Assembly: GCF_006345805.1 (NCBI RefSeq)
Contig: NC_043020.1
Span: forward strand, 26,226,001 to 26,290,000
Length of the DNA: 64,000 nt
Direction of reading: 5' to 3'
DNA from: Octopus sinensis
Lineage: Eukaryota
Under the pieces are notes generated by a model. It made no database searches. It had not been told where the DNA came from and saw nothing but the letters and a program-made list of their open reading frames with translations. This document shows positions 35,984 to 49,332 of this stretch, one piece after another. How positions within the stretch are numbered: the first letter of the stretch is position 1; each line of letters starts with the position of its first letter. The position numbers were made by a program, and so were the translations under genes.

Positions 35984-37729
35984 TTCACATGCTTCACTTA
36001 TACACGCACACACATATACTCACACAAAGTTGAAACGCTGTTAGATTTTTCTTTTAGGCATTGAATGTTCACCATCCGACCAGTTTGACATCACCTCTTC
36101 CTTCCTTCCTTCCTTCCTTCTTTATTCATCCATCACCCCCTTCCTTTCTCATTCATACTTTGTGATGGAGCAAAACACAAGAGTATTATTATAGTAGATT
36201 GTCGATTATGACGTCTTGCTGGAAAAATGTGAAGTCAAGAAAAGTATGGTAACCAAGGCTAATTTGACGAAATATATTGTTGTAACGTCTCTTGACTGTA
36301 TGTCACTACTGTGGAGATCTCATCAGCCATCATGAAGCTGAAATTAAAGCAATATTGAAGAGATGCTCTTGTATGATTCAGTTATAATTATCTAGAATAT
36401 TCTTAAAAACATTTGTTTTCATCTGTCTCATAGAGTGCATTAAATTTATATATGTATATGTATGTATATATATGGTTATGTATGTATATGTATGTATATA
36501 TATGGTTATGTGCATATGAATATGTGTGTGTATACATGTATATATATAATGTATATATATAATGCGTGTATATAATGTATATATATGTATAATGTATATA
36601 TATGGATATATGTATGTATATATAATGTATATATATATATAATGTATATATATATATGGATATATGTATGTATATATATATAATGTATGTATATATGTAA
36701 TGTATGTATTTACGTATATGTAATGTATGTATATATGTTTATATATATATATATATGTGTTTATTATATATGTAGATGCATGTGTATGTATATGTATGTA
36801 TATATATATATGTATGTATATATCTATATGTGTGTATATGTGTATATATATGTATCATCATTGATAATGATGATGGATATATGTGTGTGTATATATATAT
36901 ATATATATGTATGTATATGTGTGTGTACATTTGTGTATAATTATGTGTGTGTGTGTATGTATATATGTGTATATATATGTGTGTATGCATGTATAATATA
37001 TTGCAGGTATATGTAGTGCATATGTATGTATGACATAGTTAATGAGAATCTAATTGAATCTAATATTCTGTATTCTCGTCTTTTAAACATTGAGAAAATT
37101 AAGTTAGAAATTTGGTAAAGCTTTACTTTGTTATGGCTGAGAAGTTTCCAAATTTGGTGCAGACAAGTGAGAAAGAAAGAGCGAAGAAGGTAGAGAGAGG
37201 GGGAAAGAAGAAACGAGAGAGTAGATGGGAATGTAGGAGAGGGTGAATGGGGAGAAGGAGAGAGAGAGAGTGATGAAGATGAAGAGAGTAACTGCAAAAA
37301 TGAAGGAGTTTAATCATCACTCTTTCTCTTCTGTTATTTGGGCAAGGTTTTGTCTTTTATACATTTCATCTATGTATGTGTGTGTGTGTGTGTGTGTGTA
37401 TGCATGTGTGTGTGTGCGTGTGTGTTCATATGATAGTATATGTGTGTGTACATATGATTGTGTATGTATATGTGTATATGTATGTGTAAATATATATATA
37501 TATATGTGCGTGTGTGTGTATATATGTATGTATATATATGTGTGTGTGTATATATATATATGTACATTTATGTGTGTGTGTGTGTGGTGTGTGTGTGTGT
37601 ATATATATATGTACATTTATGTATATATGTATGTATATATATATATGTGTGTGTATATATATATATGTACATTTATGTATGTGTGTGTGTGTGTGTGTAT
37701 ATATATGTACATTTATGTATATATGTATG

Positions 37730-37764
<35 letters not shown>

Positions 37765-38401
37765 ATGTACATTTGTGTATATATGTATATGTGTGTGTGT
37801 ATAATTTCATTGGGGTATTTAACCCTGGTGTTTACCACATTAAGCTCATCCATTGATATTGGCTATCAGACAAATTTGTAATCTGGAGATCATTTGTTCT
37901 ACCAAATAAATATCTGAAAATCCACAGGTCTCCATAGAGTTTATATAATAACAAGCCTATGTTTATCTCTTCCTCCTCCTCTCATCTTCTCCTCCTTCTC
38001 ACTCTCTTCCCCTTTCCTTTCTCTTCCCTCTCCCCACCGCTATACCTCTCTTCCCCTTCCTCCTCCCCTTCCTTATTATTTCTGAGATTCTTCAGAAATT
38101 GACTTCAATTAAAGCTATTTTTGAAATGAAATCGAAATAGAAATTTTGGAAACCAAAAAGAAAGGGGGGGGGGTGAGTTTAAAAATAAATAAACCTACCA
38201 TAAAAAATTAAATAGATAAGTGTACAAAAAGATAAATAAAAATCACAGTAAAACAAATAAATAGGAATTTAGAAATATATAAATATATAAACAACAAAAA
38301 CTAGAACAACTATAGCAACAACAAAAACATGCAATAACAATCAGGATGACCTTTATTTTGTTGTTGTTGTTCAGCCTCAGAGTGATTCTCTGGCACTCGG
38401 C

Positions 38402-38640
38402 AGGATGAAAATCAAAGCCCATCAAAAGACGGAAGAACTCAGCAGGGTCAATGGCTACCCAATAATCAGGGTTAGATGGGGCTCACCAGTTGCAGTGAAG
38501 GCAATCCATTTAAGATAACTTGAGATCTGTAGGATGAAAATCAAAGCCCATCAAAAGGTGGAAGAACTCAGCAGGGTCAATGGCTACCCAATAATCAGAG
38601 TTAGATGGGGCTCACCAGTTGCAGTGAAGACAATCCATTC
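38402..38640. repeat. Two ~110 bp direct repeats, period 129
   Basis: aggatgaaaatcaaagcccatcaaaag...caatccatt occurs twice. Confidence 0.9.
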
Positions 38641-38794
38641 AGAACCCCTACTACAAAATATAAGGATTAGGTTTGGAAATGACCCCAACATGTTTCATCT
38701 GTAAAAAAATGCAATGCAAAACATCGACTTATAAGTTGACAATTTGTAGAAACAATAGTTAAAAGTAGCTGAAGACTTTTGCATGGTACTGTGT

Positions 38795-39490
38795 GTGTAT
38801 TGGTGTGGCTGTGTGGTAAGAAGTTTGCCTCTCAACCATATGGTTCTAGGTTCAATTCCACGGTGTGGCATCATGGGCATGTGTCTTCTACTATGACTTT
38901 GGGCTGATCAAAGCCTTGTGAATAGATTTGAAAGACAGAAACTGAAAGAGGTCCATCATATATGCGTGTATGTATGTGTGTGTCTTTGTCACCTACCATC
39001 GCTCTTGACAACCAGCACTGGTGTGTTTACGTCCCTGTAACTTAGTGGTTCAGCAAAAGAGACTGATAGAATAAGTACCAGGCTTTAATAAAATAAGTAC
39101 TGGGGTTGATACATTTGACAAAGATTCTCCTGTGGAGGCACATGGCCTAGTGGTTAGAGCAGTGGTCGAGGGATTGCAGGTTCGAATCTCAGACCGGGCA
39201 ATGTGTGTTTATGAGCAAAACACCTAAGCTCCGCACGGCTCCAGCAGAAGGTAATGGCAAAACTTCTGCTGACTCTTTTGCCACAATTTACTCTCACTCT
39301 TTCCTCCTGCATCTTGCAGCTCACCTGCGATGGACTGGTGTCCCATCCAGGTGGGGAACCTATACGTCAAGGAAACTGGAGAAACCGGCCCTTATGAGCC
39401 AGGCATGGCTCGAGAAGGAACAAATAACAACAAAGATTCTCCAAGGTGGTGCCCCAGCATGGCCGTAGTCTGACTGAAACAAGTAAAAGA
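38795..39490 (+). mobile_element. SINE C interrupted by a family G SINE (39131-39430) with a 13-bp target-site duplication
   Basis: acaaagattctcc at 39118-39130 and 39430-39442. Confidence 0.85.
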
Positions 39491-39909
39491 TATACTGTGT
39501 GTGTGTGTGTATATATGTATGTATGCATATGTATTAAAATATGTGTGTGTATGAAAATACCTTTTATAAAAGAATGTTTAGGATTTTGTCTAAAGAATGT
39601 TTATAGGTAGAATAAAAAATGTAATAAGATGAGGTGTGTTTAAGAATTCCTGTAACAATGAGATGAATTGTACTTATTCCTTTTTCTCTCCACTTCCTCC
39701 TCCAACCTTTCTAATAACTAAGACAGTGGAAAAGGGAGTGGGTGTACCTCGTGTTGTTTTAAAAAAAAAACACATGGCCTGTATGTTTGTATCACTTGGG
39801 TTCAAAGCATTTTTTTTTTTTTTCATTTTTAAAAAAATATTGTTTTGTTATTTGACCTGACCTGACCTAACCTCCTCTTAGTTTGGGTGCCCATCAGGTC
39901 AGATCAAGT

Positions 39910-40830
39910 CATCACCATCCTCATTTAACGTCTGTTTTCCATGCTGGTATGGGTTGAACTAGACAATGTGACCAGAGATGATAAACGGAGGAGCTATGCC
40001 AAGCTCCAAAAACCTGTTTTGGCCTGGTTTCTACAGCTGGGTTGCCCTTCCTAACACCGTCCACTTTACAGAGTGTACTCAGTGCCTTTTACATATTGCT
40101 GGCATGGGTGTCACTTTTTATATGTTACCATTATGTGTCATGGGCATTGGTGCCTTTTATGTTTCATTGGCACAGGTGACTTTTATGCATCACAGGTATG
40201 GATGCCTTTTGTGTGTTACTAACATGGATGCCTTTTACATGTCACTGGCATGAGTGCCTTCCATGTGTCCTGCCATGGGTACCCCCCATGTGTCACGAGC
40301 ATGGGTGCCTCACATGCGTCACCAGCACAGGTGCCCTTTTATTTGTCACTGATATCATTATTTTTTTTATTTCATTTTATCTAGTTTCAACTCATGAGCT
40401 GTGGCCATGCTGGGGCACCGCCATTATGCATGCTTTTTACGTGTCTCTGGCACAGGTCCCTTTCATGTGTCACTGGCACCGCTGTTTCCTATGTGTCACC
40501 AGCATGAGTGCCTTTTATGTGTCACTGGCACAGGTGCCATCAACATGTCTACAGCAAAGGTACCTTTTATTTGTCACTGGAACAAGTGCCCTTTTAATGT
40601 CTCCTTTTTATGAGTATCTGGCACAGGTGCCTTTTACATGTCACCAGTACAGGTCCCTTTTGTGCATCACTGGCGCAGGTGCCTTTCATGGGTCACCAGC
40701 ACAGAGTGCCTCCTACATGTCACTAGCATGGGTGCCCTTTTATGAGCCACTGGCACGAGTACCTTTCACATGTCACTGACACAAGTACCTTTTACATGTC
40801 ACCAGCATGGATGCTTTTTACGAAATAACA
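39910..40830 (-). mobile_element. Family A copy whose 3' UTR unit is expanded into a degenerate minisatellite (~40100-40830)
   Basis: Units of about 25-30 bp like atgtgtcactggcacaggtgccttttac; the same unit occurs only a few times in other family-A copies. Confidence 0.75.
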
Positions 40831-41575
40831 GACCTGTGATCAATATCATTAACATTCCATCCACGACCATCCAACCTTTTCCTTTTCTTTGCTTCCTTCC
40901 GGGGATTAATATACTCCACAACCCTCTGTCTTTTTTGTTCTTTTTTGTAATGGTAGAGTGAAGTTCGAGGGAGAATTGACTGTTAATTCTAGCTGGCCAA
41001 ATGACCAGGTAGAGGCTCCTATGCTGGTTGGCTGTTTGGTCCTTCGGTTAATTAATGGGTGTGGTCTGTTATTTAAGTCAGGAATGTTCCAAAAGAATAA
41101 AAGAAGGCATGCTGTCCTCCCTGGTCTGTTTGCCTGGCAAGCTTGTCAGTTGAAATAAAAGTACAATATATCACTGTGAATTTAATAATAATAATAATAA
41201 TAATAATCATAGTAGTTACCTGCTTAGCTTGGCTTAGATTTACAGTGTTTGGTGACAACTTACATATTTTATTACATATAATGACACCTTTGTGTAACTA
41301 AAATAATATATATATATATATATGTATGTTTATTCTTAAACAAGAATAAATTTGTACACTATACAAAAGTATAGAGTAACACATCGGATTAATGTATATT
41401 CTTTCTTTTTTTTTTTGACTAAACATAAAGACAAACATGTATGCTTACCAACCACATGGTTCCGGGTTCATTCCCACTGCGTGGCACCTTGGGCGAGTGT
41501 CTTCTACTATAGCCTCGGGCCAACCAAAGCCTTGTGAGTGGATTTGGTGGACGGAAACTAAAAGAAGCCCGTCGT

Positions 41576-41614
<39 letters not shown>

Positions 41615-41797
41615 CTGTGCCGGTGGCACGTAAAAAGCACCCACTACACTCATGGAGTGGTTGGCGTTAGGAAGGGCATCCAGCTGTAGAAACACTGCCA
41701 GATCAGACTGGAGCCTGGTGTAGCCTCCTGGCTTCCCAGACCCCGGTCGAACCGTCCAACTCATGCTAGCACGGAAAACGGACGTTAAACGATGATG

Positions 41798-41834
<37 letters not shown>

Positions 41835-41836
41835 AT

Positions 41837-42481
41837 ACCAATTAAGGACTAAACACGAAAAGTGGACAGTCAACATGCTAGATATAGACGTCAAATCGCC
41901 ATTCTCCACAAAGGATTATGTTCTCAGATCAAACTCAACACAAAACCATAGTAATAAACAAGTGAAAATATACGAAATAAATATTTACCCATGTACTAAA
42001 TTAGTTTCGGCTGTTATTTTCCACAAGGAAAAGTGCAGCCATCATCAATTTCTACCCTAAATTAATTTTATATAAATAGATGTTCTCTAACCGGTAAATT
42101 AACTGCTGCTAATTATTAGCTGCAGGCTAGTTTTCTCGGGTCTCATCACACCAAAAGTAAAGGCATTTGAAATATATATTCAAATGTAATAAGCTGTATT
42201 CCATGCACGCGATATTTCGGTATCGTGTTTGCATCTAGTCCAGCAAATTGCATTTTATATCGGACCATGCTGATGATGGCTGCACTTTTCCTTGTGGAAA
42301 ATAACAGCCGAAACTAATTTAGTACATGGGTAAATATTTATTTCGTATATTTTCACTTGTTTATTGCTATGGTTTTGTGTTGAGTTTGATCTGAGAACAT
42401 AATCCTTTGTGGAGAATGGCGATTTGACGTCTATATCTAGCATGTTGACTGTCCACTTTTCGTGTTCAGTCCTTAATTGGT
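41837..42481. repeat. 211-bp inverted repeat (41837-42047 / 42271-42481), about 2 mismatches
   Basis: Direct reading; the ORF track also shows near-identical peptides at 41875..42060 + and 42255..42443 -. Confidence 0.95.
42265..42329 (+). ncRNA. Type I hammerhead ribozyme motif, canonical core
   Basis: CCATG-CTGATGA-t-GGCTG...CAGCC-GAAA-CTAATTTAG-TA-CATGG: stem I 5 bp, stem II 5 bp plus a 6 bp extension, stem III 4 bp, GUA site, predicted cut after 42324. Confidence 0.85.
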
Positions 42482-42564
42482 ATATATAAATATTTTTAAT
42501 CTTCGGATTTTTTTAATATGCTAGACCACTGGTTCTAATTGATAAATATCAATTTCTACTCTAA

Positions 42565-42607
<43 letters not shown>

Positions 42608-42829
42608 ATGTTTGTGTGCCTGTGTTTGTCCCCCCAACATCGCTTGACAATCGATGCTGGTGTGTTTACATCTCTGTAACTTAGCGGATTGGCAAAAGAA
42701 ACCAATAGAATAAGTACTAGGCTTACAAAGAATAAGTCCTGGGGTCATTTTGCTCGACTAAAGGCGGGGCTCCAGCATGACCACAGTCAAATGGCTGAAA
42801 CAAGTAAAAGAGTAAAAGAGGTCCTTCAA

Positions 42830-43060
42830 AATCTGTTCATGAATTTTCATTCGTTCAGGCGGTTGGATGCCATCCTGAATGAGGTTATTCTTCAAGCAAC
42901 AAACAACCATTCCTAAAGCATGGAAACCACTCATAATCATGTTTTGCTGAAGGCAGTGGCCTTGTAAGTTGTTTGAATCATGACAGCTGTTTTGTCCGCC
43001 GTTTTCCCCAGCAGAAAACAGAATTTCATGGAAGCACACCGTTCCTTTGCAAAAATCGAC
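42830..43060 (-). pseudogene. Decayed mariner transposase N-terminus
   Basis: KERCASMKFCFLLGKTADKTAVMIQTTYKATAFSKT, then after a frameshift YEWFPCFRNGCLLLEE*PHSG; fits mariner IKFCFxLGK...YEWFxRFKxG...DxPRSGRP. Confidence 0.75.
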
Positions 43061-43359
43061 AAACAAGGGGGAAGCCCTGCAAAACAAAGATGCAACATGT
43101 AGCAGATTGACCTCACTGGGCAATGCCAGTCAGCAGGCTGATGCCTGAGGGTCGCATCAAGTGACTTCTAGTGGCAGAAGCCTGAACGACAATGGGCTTG
43201 TCCCACAGAGAACGTTTCCACTTACTTTTAGGTACCTTGTACACTCACATAATGATGCACCTGGGTCCATGGAGTCATATACATTCACCTATACATGTGA
43301 AAGACATCTGTGTACACTTAATTATATGCACACTTGTAACCTATATATGCACATGTATA

Positions 43360-43592
43360 TATTTCTCTGCTACCCACAAGGGGCTAAACATAGAGGGGGA
43401 CAAACAAGGACAGACAAACGGATAAGGTCGATTACATCGACCCCAGTGCATAACTGGTACTTAATTTATCGACCCCGAAAGGATGAAAGGCAAAGTCGAC
43501 CTTGGCGGAATTTGAACTCAGAGCGTAACGACAGACGAAATACGGCTACGCATTTCGCCCGGCGTGCTAACGTTTCTACTAGCTCGCCACCT
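43360..43592 (-). mobile_element. Full SINE B copy
   Basis: Reverse complement of 35526-35760. Confidence 0.9.
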
Positions 43593-43599
43593 TTATATG

Positions 43600-44964
43600 A
43601 ACGTGTATATACATATCTCTACATGCACACACCTACAAACACACATACACACATCCAGAAATACACATCTACATATGCATATACATACATGTTCCCATTT
43701 ACATATTTAAACATATTCAGAAAAAGCTACTTGTGGACATATATACACACATACACCTGTCAATATACACACACGTGCATATACATACATAACCATAAAC
43801 ACACACACACACACAACATTGACACATCTGTGCATACACACTCGCAGACACACAGTTACACATTTATAGAGAAAGCTATACACTCACATCTATGTACAAT
43901 ACTACATGTTCATACACATTCATACGCAGACAAGATACATTTTCTGACATACAAACCTACATATATAGGAACACACATGTAGATACACACATGTACACAG
44001 ACATATATACACACTAGAACAGGCTTGGTTATATGCACATGTATTCAGAAGTGCACACATCTATTCATGTGTACATACCTATATATGCACATGCAAATAG
44101 CTACGTTTACTTATATACAAAGATACACTCTCTCACACAGCCAACTCTATGCACACATACTCACACATACACACAGATATGCATACACATACGCATACAT
44201 ATATTTACATTGAAATAGATGTACATACACACTCTAATGGGCATATTTACCCACAGACATATACACACATAAAAAAGCATGACACACATACACACACACA
44301 TTTGTGCACACACAAACATCTATGCATACACACACATATCTGTGTACACACACACATCTATGCACACACACACATCTGTGCACATACACACACATCTATG
44401 CACACACGCATATGCACACACATCTATGCACACACATCCATCTGTGTACACACACACATCTATGCACACACACACACACACTGTGCACATACACACACTC
44501 ATTTATGCACACACACATCTATGCACACACACATACACATCTGTGTACACACACACACTCACATCTATACACAACACAAGCCCACTTCTACATACAAATA
44601 TACATCTGCTCACAAATACATAATACACACACATAAACACAAATACACACAAGCACATACACACACACACCTACACACACACACACACACACACCAACGT
44701 GTACACACCTCCGCAGACACACATCTCCAAGCACATACGTTCTCATACTCTCATTACAGCTGACATCTCTCTCAGGAGTACCAGCCATAAACTGATATAG
44801 ATTTCCTTTGAAGAACACTTTACCAAATAACTGAGTTATTTACAGGAGATGTTGTTGGACATGGCGTCGTATTGAAATGGAAGTGCACGTGTGTGAGTGT
44901 GTGTGTGTGTGTGTCTGTATATGTGTTCTAGCGCTCTCTGTCTCTTTACGTGTGTGTGTATATG

Positions 44965-44999
<35 letters not shown>

Positions 45000-45034
45000 G
45001 TGTTTGTGTGTGTTTATATGAATATGTATGAGTT

Positions 45035-45085
<51 letters not shown>

Positions 45086-45088
45086 ATA

Positions 45089-45119
<31 letters not shown>

Positions 45120-46407
45120 CATATATATATAATGTATATGTGTATATGTAATGGAACCAATTTTATGAAGTAATCACTTTTAGCCAAGACCTCTTCCCAC
45201 CCCCATATATATATATTATATAGATAATATATATATATTAGATTGTTGTGTATATATATACATAGAAGTGTATATATATATATATATATCGATGTGTATG
45301 TGTGTGTATATATATATGTGTGTGTATATATATATATATGTGTGTGTGTGTATATATATATATGTGTGTGTGTATGTGTATATATATATATATATGTGTG
45401 TGTGTATATATATATATATGGATGTATGTATGTATTAGTATGTGTTGTATTAGTGTTGATATCTTTTATTATTTATAGGTATACGAATGTGTGTATATTC
45501 ATTTCAATATGTATTTGTGAATTTGTGGTATATTTATATGAATATGCCTGACTACTAAATATCCATATACACCTTCGAGCTACATACACACACACACACA
45601 TACATACATAGATACATACCCCAGTGGCACACTCACACACACACACACACACACATGTACACTCAGGTATATATATATATACATTAATACATGTGACTTT
45701 GCTTGTGTGTAGGTATACATGCATACATATATATATATATATACACGCATATATACATGCATGTGTACACAAGTAGATGTGAAGGTGTATATACATAGAT
45801 GCAGCCGTATATAGATAGATACGCTGCAATCTTCACCATTTTTCTGAAGAGCCATAAAGGAGGTGTTTTTCCCGTATTGGTGCTGTATTTATGCCGAACG
45901 TACACTTCATTCTATTCCATACTACAATCGTTGTATATTCCTCTATCTATAGCTGATTCCTACATATATATATATATGTATATAAGTGTATATGTATATA
46001 TAAATATATGTGTGGTTGTGTGTATATATATATATATGTATATAAGTGTATATGTATATATAAATGTGTGGTTGTGTGTGTATATAAGTGTATATGTATA
46101 TATAAATATATGTGTGGTTGTGTGTGTATGTATATATATATACACACATACACATGCTTGGTTCCATATGTTGCCATTTCTATCAGGTCTTCAACTCTTT
46201 TGCATAGATTAAATCTCTATCATTGAGATATATATTTCTGTGTCTGTATATTTGTGTTTTTAGCCCTGTGTGTGTGTGTTATATATATATATATATATAT
46301 ATATATGAATGTGTGTGTGTCTGTGTAATTGTCTGTGTGTATGTATTTATGTTTGTATGTGTGTCAGTATATGTTTATATGTGTGCGTGTATGTATTTGT
46401 TTGTATG

Positions 46408-46445
<38 letters not shown>

Positions 46446-46520
46446 GTATGTATGTATTTATGTTTGTATGTATGTCTGTATATGTATATATATATATGTG
46501 TGTATGTGTACTTCTGTATT
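43600..46520. repeat. Extended degenerate CA/TA/TG microsatellite field with short unique islands
   Basis: Direct reading. Confidence 0.9.
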
Positions 46521-47039
46521 CTTTTAGTCATTAATTCTTTTGTTTGTCATTTCATAGTGGCCATGCTGGAGCATCACCTTGTGGTGGTGGTTGGGGTGGG
46601 GAATCAAACAAATCCACCCCCTGCCCTGACTGATTTTTTTGAAGCCTAATACTTATTCTATCAGTCTCTTTTGCTGAACTGCTAAGTTATGGGGATGTAA
46701 ACACACCAACACCGGTTATCAAGTGATAATAGAGGGACAAATACACACGTATTAGAAGTAGCTCTATAATTCTCAATGTCACATACTTTCTGTATGTGTG
46801 TTGTTTAATACATTTACGCTGTGATATTTTGTCCAGGGAAGGTCGCTTTAAAGAAAAAAATTGGTATACTTCAAAGCCAGGTGAAAAAAAACTGCTCTGC
46901 AGGTTAACAAAAACATGAGATATCGATATTTCACCGTTGTTTCTGCTCATCAGTTCCAGACTCTCAATTCACCCTTTGAATGAATTCAAATCTCTGGCCT
47001 GAAGTATATACAAATAGTATAAAATCTATTTTCTGGTGT

Positions 47040-47313
47040 GCAACAGTACTGTACAAGTAATACAAGATTCAAATCAAGAATGACCCCTTTTGAGGGTCCT
47101 TATAACATTTTGTCATTAAAATTTATGTGCAAGAAATGGGTTATACTTCTACAATGCACAAAATATTTTAATGATTTTTTTATCCATTTCCTAATAATAT
47201 TTAATTACAAAAGTATAATAGGATTGTTTTTTAACATAGTTGGGGTGGGGGCAACAGTGGAGTAAAATAGGAACCAAAGGGGTCCATAGGCAATAAATAG
47301 TTGAGAACCACTG
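47040..47313. mobile_element. hAT-like MITE remnant
   Basis: Ends in gttgagaaccactg (reverse complement of cagtggttctcaac, also seen at 5017); internally similar to 48673-48978. Confidence 0.5.
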
Positions 47314-47642
47314 GTTTAGAGCAAAATTATTTTTCTCCATGGCAAACTGCAGTGAAAATGGCCTTTTTATTGGTGAAATATTTCTCAAATATAGTTGAAC
47401 TGGTTTAAAAATATATAACTGTATACATATATATATATATACATATACACATGCACACCTATTGACATGATGTATGTATAACTATATATATAACATGATG
47501 TATGTAGAGAGAGGATTGTATTGGAAGTGAATGAAGGAGTACTTTGTGTTACAGAGAGAGAGAGAGAGAGGCCACCACTATAGATTGCCACTCCACATTT
47601 TCAATCCACACTTGGTGTCAAATATGTCTGACATGCAGTTAA

Positions 47643-47742
47643 NNNNNNNNNNNNNNNNNNNNNNNNNNNNNNNNNNNNNNNNNNNNNNNNNNNNNNNNNN
47701 NNNNNNNNNNNNNNNNNNNNNNNNNNNNNNNNNNNNNNNNNN
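47643..47742. other. Assembly gap (100 N) adjoining an (ACC)n run
   Basis: N run. Confidence 1.
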
Positions 47743-48276
47743 ACCACCACCACCACCACCACCACCACCACCACCACCACCACCACCACCACCACCACCA
47801 CCACCACCACCACCACCACCACCACCACCACCACCACCACCGCCACTTCTACACGATATAAGCCGCCGTTCATCATTCATTTGGTTTCTAGGTGATACCT
47901 GATCCCCCCTCCCCTCTTTCCATACCATCTCCTCCCACCACCCTCACCATCTTCTACTCTTCTCCAATTTGTCCCCTGCTAATGTTCTCTCATCTGTTGC
48001 CCTTGTCGCAATTACAAAGCAACAATTATCCATATTATTGATTTTTGTGGGTTTTTTTTAAATCAGTCAGACTCCATCCTTAATATCATTCCACTAAACT
48101 CCATCAAATGATTATTATGAGTGAGAATCTTTTATCGTTAGTCAGGAACTGAATTGACAATTATTATTATTATTATTATTATTATCATTATTATATTTTG
48201 TCCTGAGTTTGTCCTTATATATTTTTGATTTATGTTAGCCCTTGTGGCCTATAAAACCAGAATTTATTATTATTAT

Positions 48277-48672
48277 GGTGGTGAGCTGGCAGAATTGTTA
48301 TCACGCTGGGCAAAATGCTTAGCGGCGTTTCATCTGCCGCTACACTCTGAGTTCAAATTCCACCTTGGTCGACTTTGCCTTTCATCCTGGGATCGATTAA
48401 ATAAGTACCAGTTACGCACTGGGGTCAATGTAATTGGCTTAATTCTTTCTCCAAATGTGAGGCCTTGTGCTTCCAGTAGAAATGCTGTCCTCCCCACTAT
48501 AGCTCGACAGCTGATGTTGGTGTGTTTATGTCCCCATAATTTAGCAGTTCAGCAAAAGAGACCAATAGGATAAATACTAGAATTACAAAGAATAATCCCC
48601 GGGGTCGATTTCTTCAACTAAAACCTTTTAAGGTGGTGGTGCTCCAGCATGGCCACTGTCTAATGACTGAAA
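48277..48672 (+). mobile_element. SINE B head and body followed by a SINE C tail
   Basis: Family-B motifs to ~48481, family-C tail motifs 48495-48672. Confidence 0.75.
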
Positions 48673-48978
48673 CAATATTTCTCAGCCCTTTTTTAACCTA
48701 TGGACGCTTCATTGATGCCTCTTTTACTAGGAGGGACCCTCATAATCCTATTTTACTAGGAGGGACCCTCATAATCCTATTTTACTAGGAGGGACCCTCA
48801 TAATACTATTTTACTAGGAGGGACCCTTATAATCATTCAATGTTTCATAAAACCTTATTGTATATCTATAACTTTTTGTATATAGTAGAAGTAAACCCAA
48901 TTTATTACAGATAAATTTTGACGAGAAAATCTTACATGAACCCCTAAGGGTCATACGAACCCTGGTTGAGTAACACTG
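48673..48978. mobile_element. hAT-like MITE with an internal 29-bp tandem repeat (~4 copies, 48722-48833)
   Basis: Ends caatatttctcagcc and ggttgagtaacactg are imperfect TIRs; unit ttttactaggagggaccctcataatccta. Confidence 0.6.
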
Positions 48979-49332
48979 CATTAGAAGATGATGGGATTTG
49001 CTACACATTTTTCTCATAGAGAAGAAAGTATTTTCTATAGATTTTGTGCTTCTGCTTAGAAATTATTTTCTTAGTTGCATTTTTTTTTTAATATTCAGAA
49101 CTGTTGAATATTTAATCTTTGTAAATTACTTAATTTTCTTTTTTCTTTTGTTTTGTAGGTAAGTGGAATCTTTCATACTTTACCAGAGTGAAACATTTCA
49201 AGAGTTGGATTTCAGGATATCTACCAGGTCTGGTTTCAAAATACATATATATATATACATATATATATGTATATACATATATATATACATATATATATGT
49301 ATATCATATATATATATTATATACTTTATTTT

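Larger units (their letters stand above)
41435..42820 (+). mobile_element. SINE C split at its microsatellite by family A (41615-41800) and Penelope-like family J (41837-42580)
   Basis: Head 41435-41580, tail 42600-42820. Confidence 0.85.

Noticed and set aside
42758-43123. 121-aa minus ORF as a gene
   Set aside because: The other two frames carry mariner transposase motifs, so this is an off-frame reading of a dead transposon.
43161-43982. 273-aa plus ORF
   Set aside because: It runs through an antisense SINE B copy and CA repeats.
44848-44894. Plus-strand mini-exon GDVVGHGVVLKWKCTC
   Set aside because: The donor comes from the start of a TG repeat; no other support.
47578-47928. Poly-P/G/V ORFs across the gap
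   Set aside because: (ACC)n plus Ns.
48722-48833. 29-bp repeats resembling a CRISPR array
   Set aside because: Contiguous with no spacers, inside a MITE, in eukaryotic DNA.
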